Of a stretch of 64,000 nt of DNA, positions 61,271 to 64,000 are shown one piece after another. Position numbers and translations under genes: made by a program. Below the pieces are notes generated by a model. The model saw only the letters and a list, made by a program, of their open reading frames with translations. It searched no databases and was not told the DNA's origin. The stretch is from Vicugna vicugna. Its lineage: Eukaryota. Each line of letters starts with the position of its first letter. The first letter of the stretch is position 1. The DNA is taken from contig MU058714.1 in the NCBI GenBank assembly GCA_013265495.1, positions 62,001 to 126,000 of the forward strand, given 5' to 3'.

Positions 61271-61915
61271 TGGCCTCTCTCTGCCTCTCCTGCTGCCCTT
61301 GAGTCCAGAGCTTCATCCTCTCCATCCCAACTCTGGCAGCAACTTCCTGGAAGGACTCTGGTCCACCCTTTACCACGCCACTATCACGATCCGCTCCCCA
61401 ACCCCCGCTCAAGCCCGCCAGCCCTCCCACCACGGGGCGCGCGGACCACTGCACCACAGCGCCACCCACCCGGCCTCGTTGCCCACACCCCAGCCAACGC
61501 CCGCTTCGGTGCCTCCTCTTAAACGGTGTCTTTCCTTACCTTCACGCCTTCGCTCTGTCTGCAATTCTCTGCCCACCTCTTTCTCCCCCAGAAAACTCCC
61601 ATGCGTCCTTCAGAACCCAGCTCAAAAGCCCTTGCCTTGGGCTCCCGAAGAGTCTATTCTGCCCCCCTACAGCTGCACCCTCACTGCAAGGGGAGGACGC
61701 GCTGTAGCATGTCTGTCTCCTCCACGAGGCAAGTTCCGGGGCCCTCTGAACCTCTCAGGCTCCTCTTCCGCAGGGTGTAGACGGCAGCAACCTCTGCCTC
61801 ATGGTGCTGTGACAAGGAACAGACACTTCAAAAGGCTTATAAGGTGCCTGCTGTAGAGTAAACTCTCACGTGTTGGAAATGGAGTCGGAAACGGAGTCAC
61901 CTGAATGCAGATTAA

Positions 61916-62113
61916 CAGCGGTTCTCAGCTGGGGTCCCCCAGGCCCACATCTGGAGACAGCACTGTTGTCACAGCAGGGGGAGGGGCGCCACGGGGCCCA
62001 GTGGGTGGAGGTGGAGGTGAGGGAGACAGCTTGTCCTGTGGTGCCCAGGACACCCCCCCACCCAGAGCTCGTCCCCCCCCCACGTCAGTAGTGCCCAGGC
62101 CGAGGAACCCATG
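61916..62113 (+). mobile_element. MER20 hAT-Charlie element
   Basis: CAGCGGTTCTCAGCTGGGG...TCTGGAGACA...GTTGTCACA...CAGTGGGTGGAGG...CAGGACACCCCCCCAC...GTCAGTAGTGCC...GAGGAACCC. Confidence 0.8.
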
Positions 62114-63538
62114 GTGGTCTCCAGAGTGGAAGACGCCAGACATCCATGCAGAGTGAGAACACAGACACACAGCGATAAACATAGGGGGTCGGGGGAGGCT
62201 GTGTTTCTCAGGCAAGGCCAAGGCCCACCCCGCTGGCTGCCAGCTTGAAACCTCCCACGGAATTTCTCCAGCCCGCGCATGGGGGGTCGTCCAGCCTCCG
62301 CTCCTCCCGGAGGCACTCAGCCCGCGCCCACTCCAGGTGGCGGGAAGAAGGGAGGGAGCAGCCTCTCTCACTGTCTTGCTACTGTCCTCACCACACCATC
62401 CTTGCCACCATCCCCGCCACCACCCGAATCCCCATAGCACCGAAGTCTTGTAGGGCTGCTCTGCAAAAACAAACTCCCCCCGGGGTCCCCACAGAGACCT
62501 TGGTGGCCCACCCACTGCAGGAACGTCACTGGACCCAGACCAGGACATCCAGGTGGCAACACTCAGGAGAGATCGCCACCCATCGCTCTGCTCTGCAGCA
62601 GGGTCTCTGCGAGACCGTGACACCTCGGGAAACCTTCCCTCCCCCTTCGCCCCTCAGAAACGAGCGTGCTTCCTCTCCTCCAAAGCAGCGGGCAAGCGGC
62701 CAGGGACACGTCAGCGGGGCACGCCCGACGTCACTCCCTCCAGCCCACCAGTTTGGGAAGATGCCCACTAAGACAGAGAATGGGTACAAGGTGGGGGGAA
62801 GGGGGGGCACACGTGAGCCTCGCAGAGCGAGTCGGGGGCCCTGGCCCAAGCGGAGGCGGCCAGGCGCCAGGCCCCCAGTTAGAGCCGGTACATCTGTTGG
62901 GGCGGCAGAACCCCGCAGACACCTGCCAGCAGGAGGCGCTGCTGCGACGCAGACGCTGGGGATGGGGAGAGGGCACTCGGGCTGGTGACTGCGTGGGGGC
63001 GATTCTTTTTATAGCAAGCAAACAGTTTTGTTTTAAGAAGACAACAAGAAAGAAAAAAACAAAGAAAGAATGTTTCAGGAAAAGTTGTAAGAGCCATGTC
63101 GGTGGGCCGAGGGGAGGAGGGCGAGGAGCCAGGCAGGCTGCGGCTGGGGTCTGCCCTGGCCCCCAGGACAGCTGAGTGTAGCTGGCCACGAGGCAGGCCA
63201 GGGGTCGACGGCCCCCAGCCCACACTGCGCGTGACTCACCCGCACCGGGAGCCGGAGCCGGCAGCCGGCAGCCGGCAGCGGCAGGGGCATGGCCACTCCA
63301 TAGCCAGTGGGGCCACCGGTCAGTGATGGGAGAGCAGGGCGCGGCCCAGCCCTGAGCCCCCACCCACCATGCTGCCCTGGGGACCTGTGGGTCTCATATT
63401 CCTGAGCTGGTCTGAGAGGAACCCTCCCTGACTTCCCTCTTCCTCACCTCCCTTCCCCGTCACCTCCTTGCTCTAAACCAAGAACTGATTCAATGCGCTG
63501 CAACACCCTGCCGGGGCCTCCCAAGGCCGCACCACCCA

Positions 63539-63563
63539 CCCCACCCCACCCCACCCCACCCCA
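63539..63563. repeat. (CCCCA)5 repeat; G-quadruplex-capable (TGGGG)5 on the minus strand
   Basis: Seen directly. Confidence 0.9.
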
Positions 63564-64000
63564 GGTCCAGAGCCGACACTGTGCCCGCACCCCCCCCCTT
63601 TGTTCTGTCCTCGGAGACACCGGAGCCGCTAGTCAGGGAGAAGTCTCCATCCCATAATAACCCAGGAAAACGTCTTTATTATTATTTTTCTTCCCTCCAG
63701 AAACAATCTTGCACGACCCTGCCCAGCGCACGCCGCGGGGACAGCAGGGCCACGGGCCGGGCGCCTCCTCCGGCCCTGCCCGCCCGGCGAGCAGATGGCG
63801 GCGTGGGCGTTAGGTACCGGCCTCCTGGCAGTCCGAACATCTGTTCCCGTTAGAAAATGCTAATTGCCATCAATCAGGACAGCACCTACCCACATTTACA
63901 TGCAAGCACACACGCGCGCACACACAAAATACATCTAAATTTCTCCAAGCGCACACTCCCTGCATGATAACTAGGCGGTCGATGCCTCAGGCTGATGCCT

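Overview
This is GC-rich (roughly 60% by eye) eutherian mammalian DNA, most likely intronic or gene-desert sequence. I found no protein-coding gene I can support: the ORF track is dominated by overlapping Pro/Gly/Ala/Arg-rich frames, as expected in GC-rich non-coding DNA. A tRNA-derived SINE with a perfect 15-bp TSD resembles the camelid Vic-1 type, and no Alu, B1, Bov-tA or PRE-1 elements were seen, which suggests a camelid genome (inference). The window carries ancient eutherian repeats (MIR, L2, L1M 3' ends, MLT1, MER2B, MER5A, MER20, MER33, MER53), two related ERV-type solo LTRs (one nested in an MLT1) and several microsatellites. It also has many short AT-rich, non-repeat islands dense in homeodomain/SOX/FOX/RFX motifs, consistent with an enhancer landscape. 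The most notable structures are (1) a perfect 77-bp non-tandem duplication next to a diverged ~180-bp inverted repeat at 8.7-10.1 kb, (2) a MER53 hairpin with well-matched inner arms, (3) an unexplained ~580-bp insert splitting an L1, and (4) divergent CTCF-like motifs. Repeat family names come from my recall of consensus sequences, not from a database search. I did not find convincing evidence of a novel coding system.
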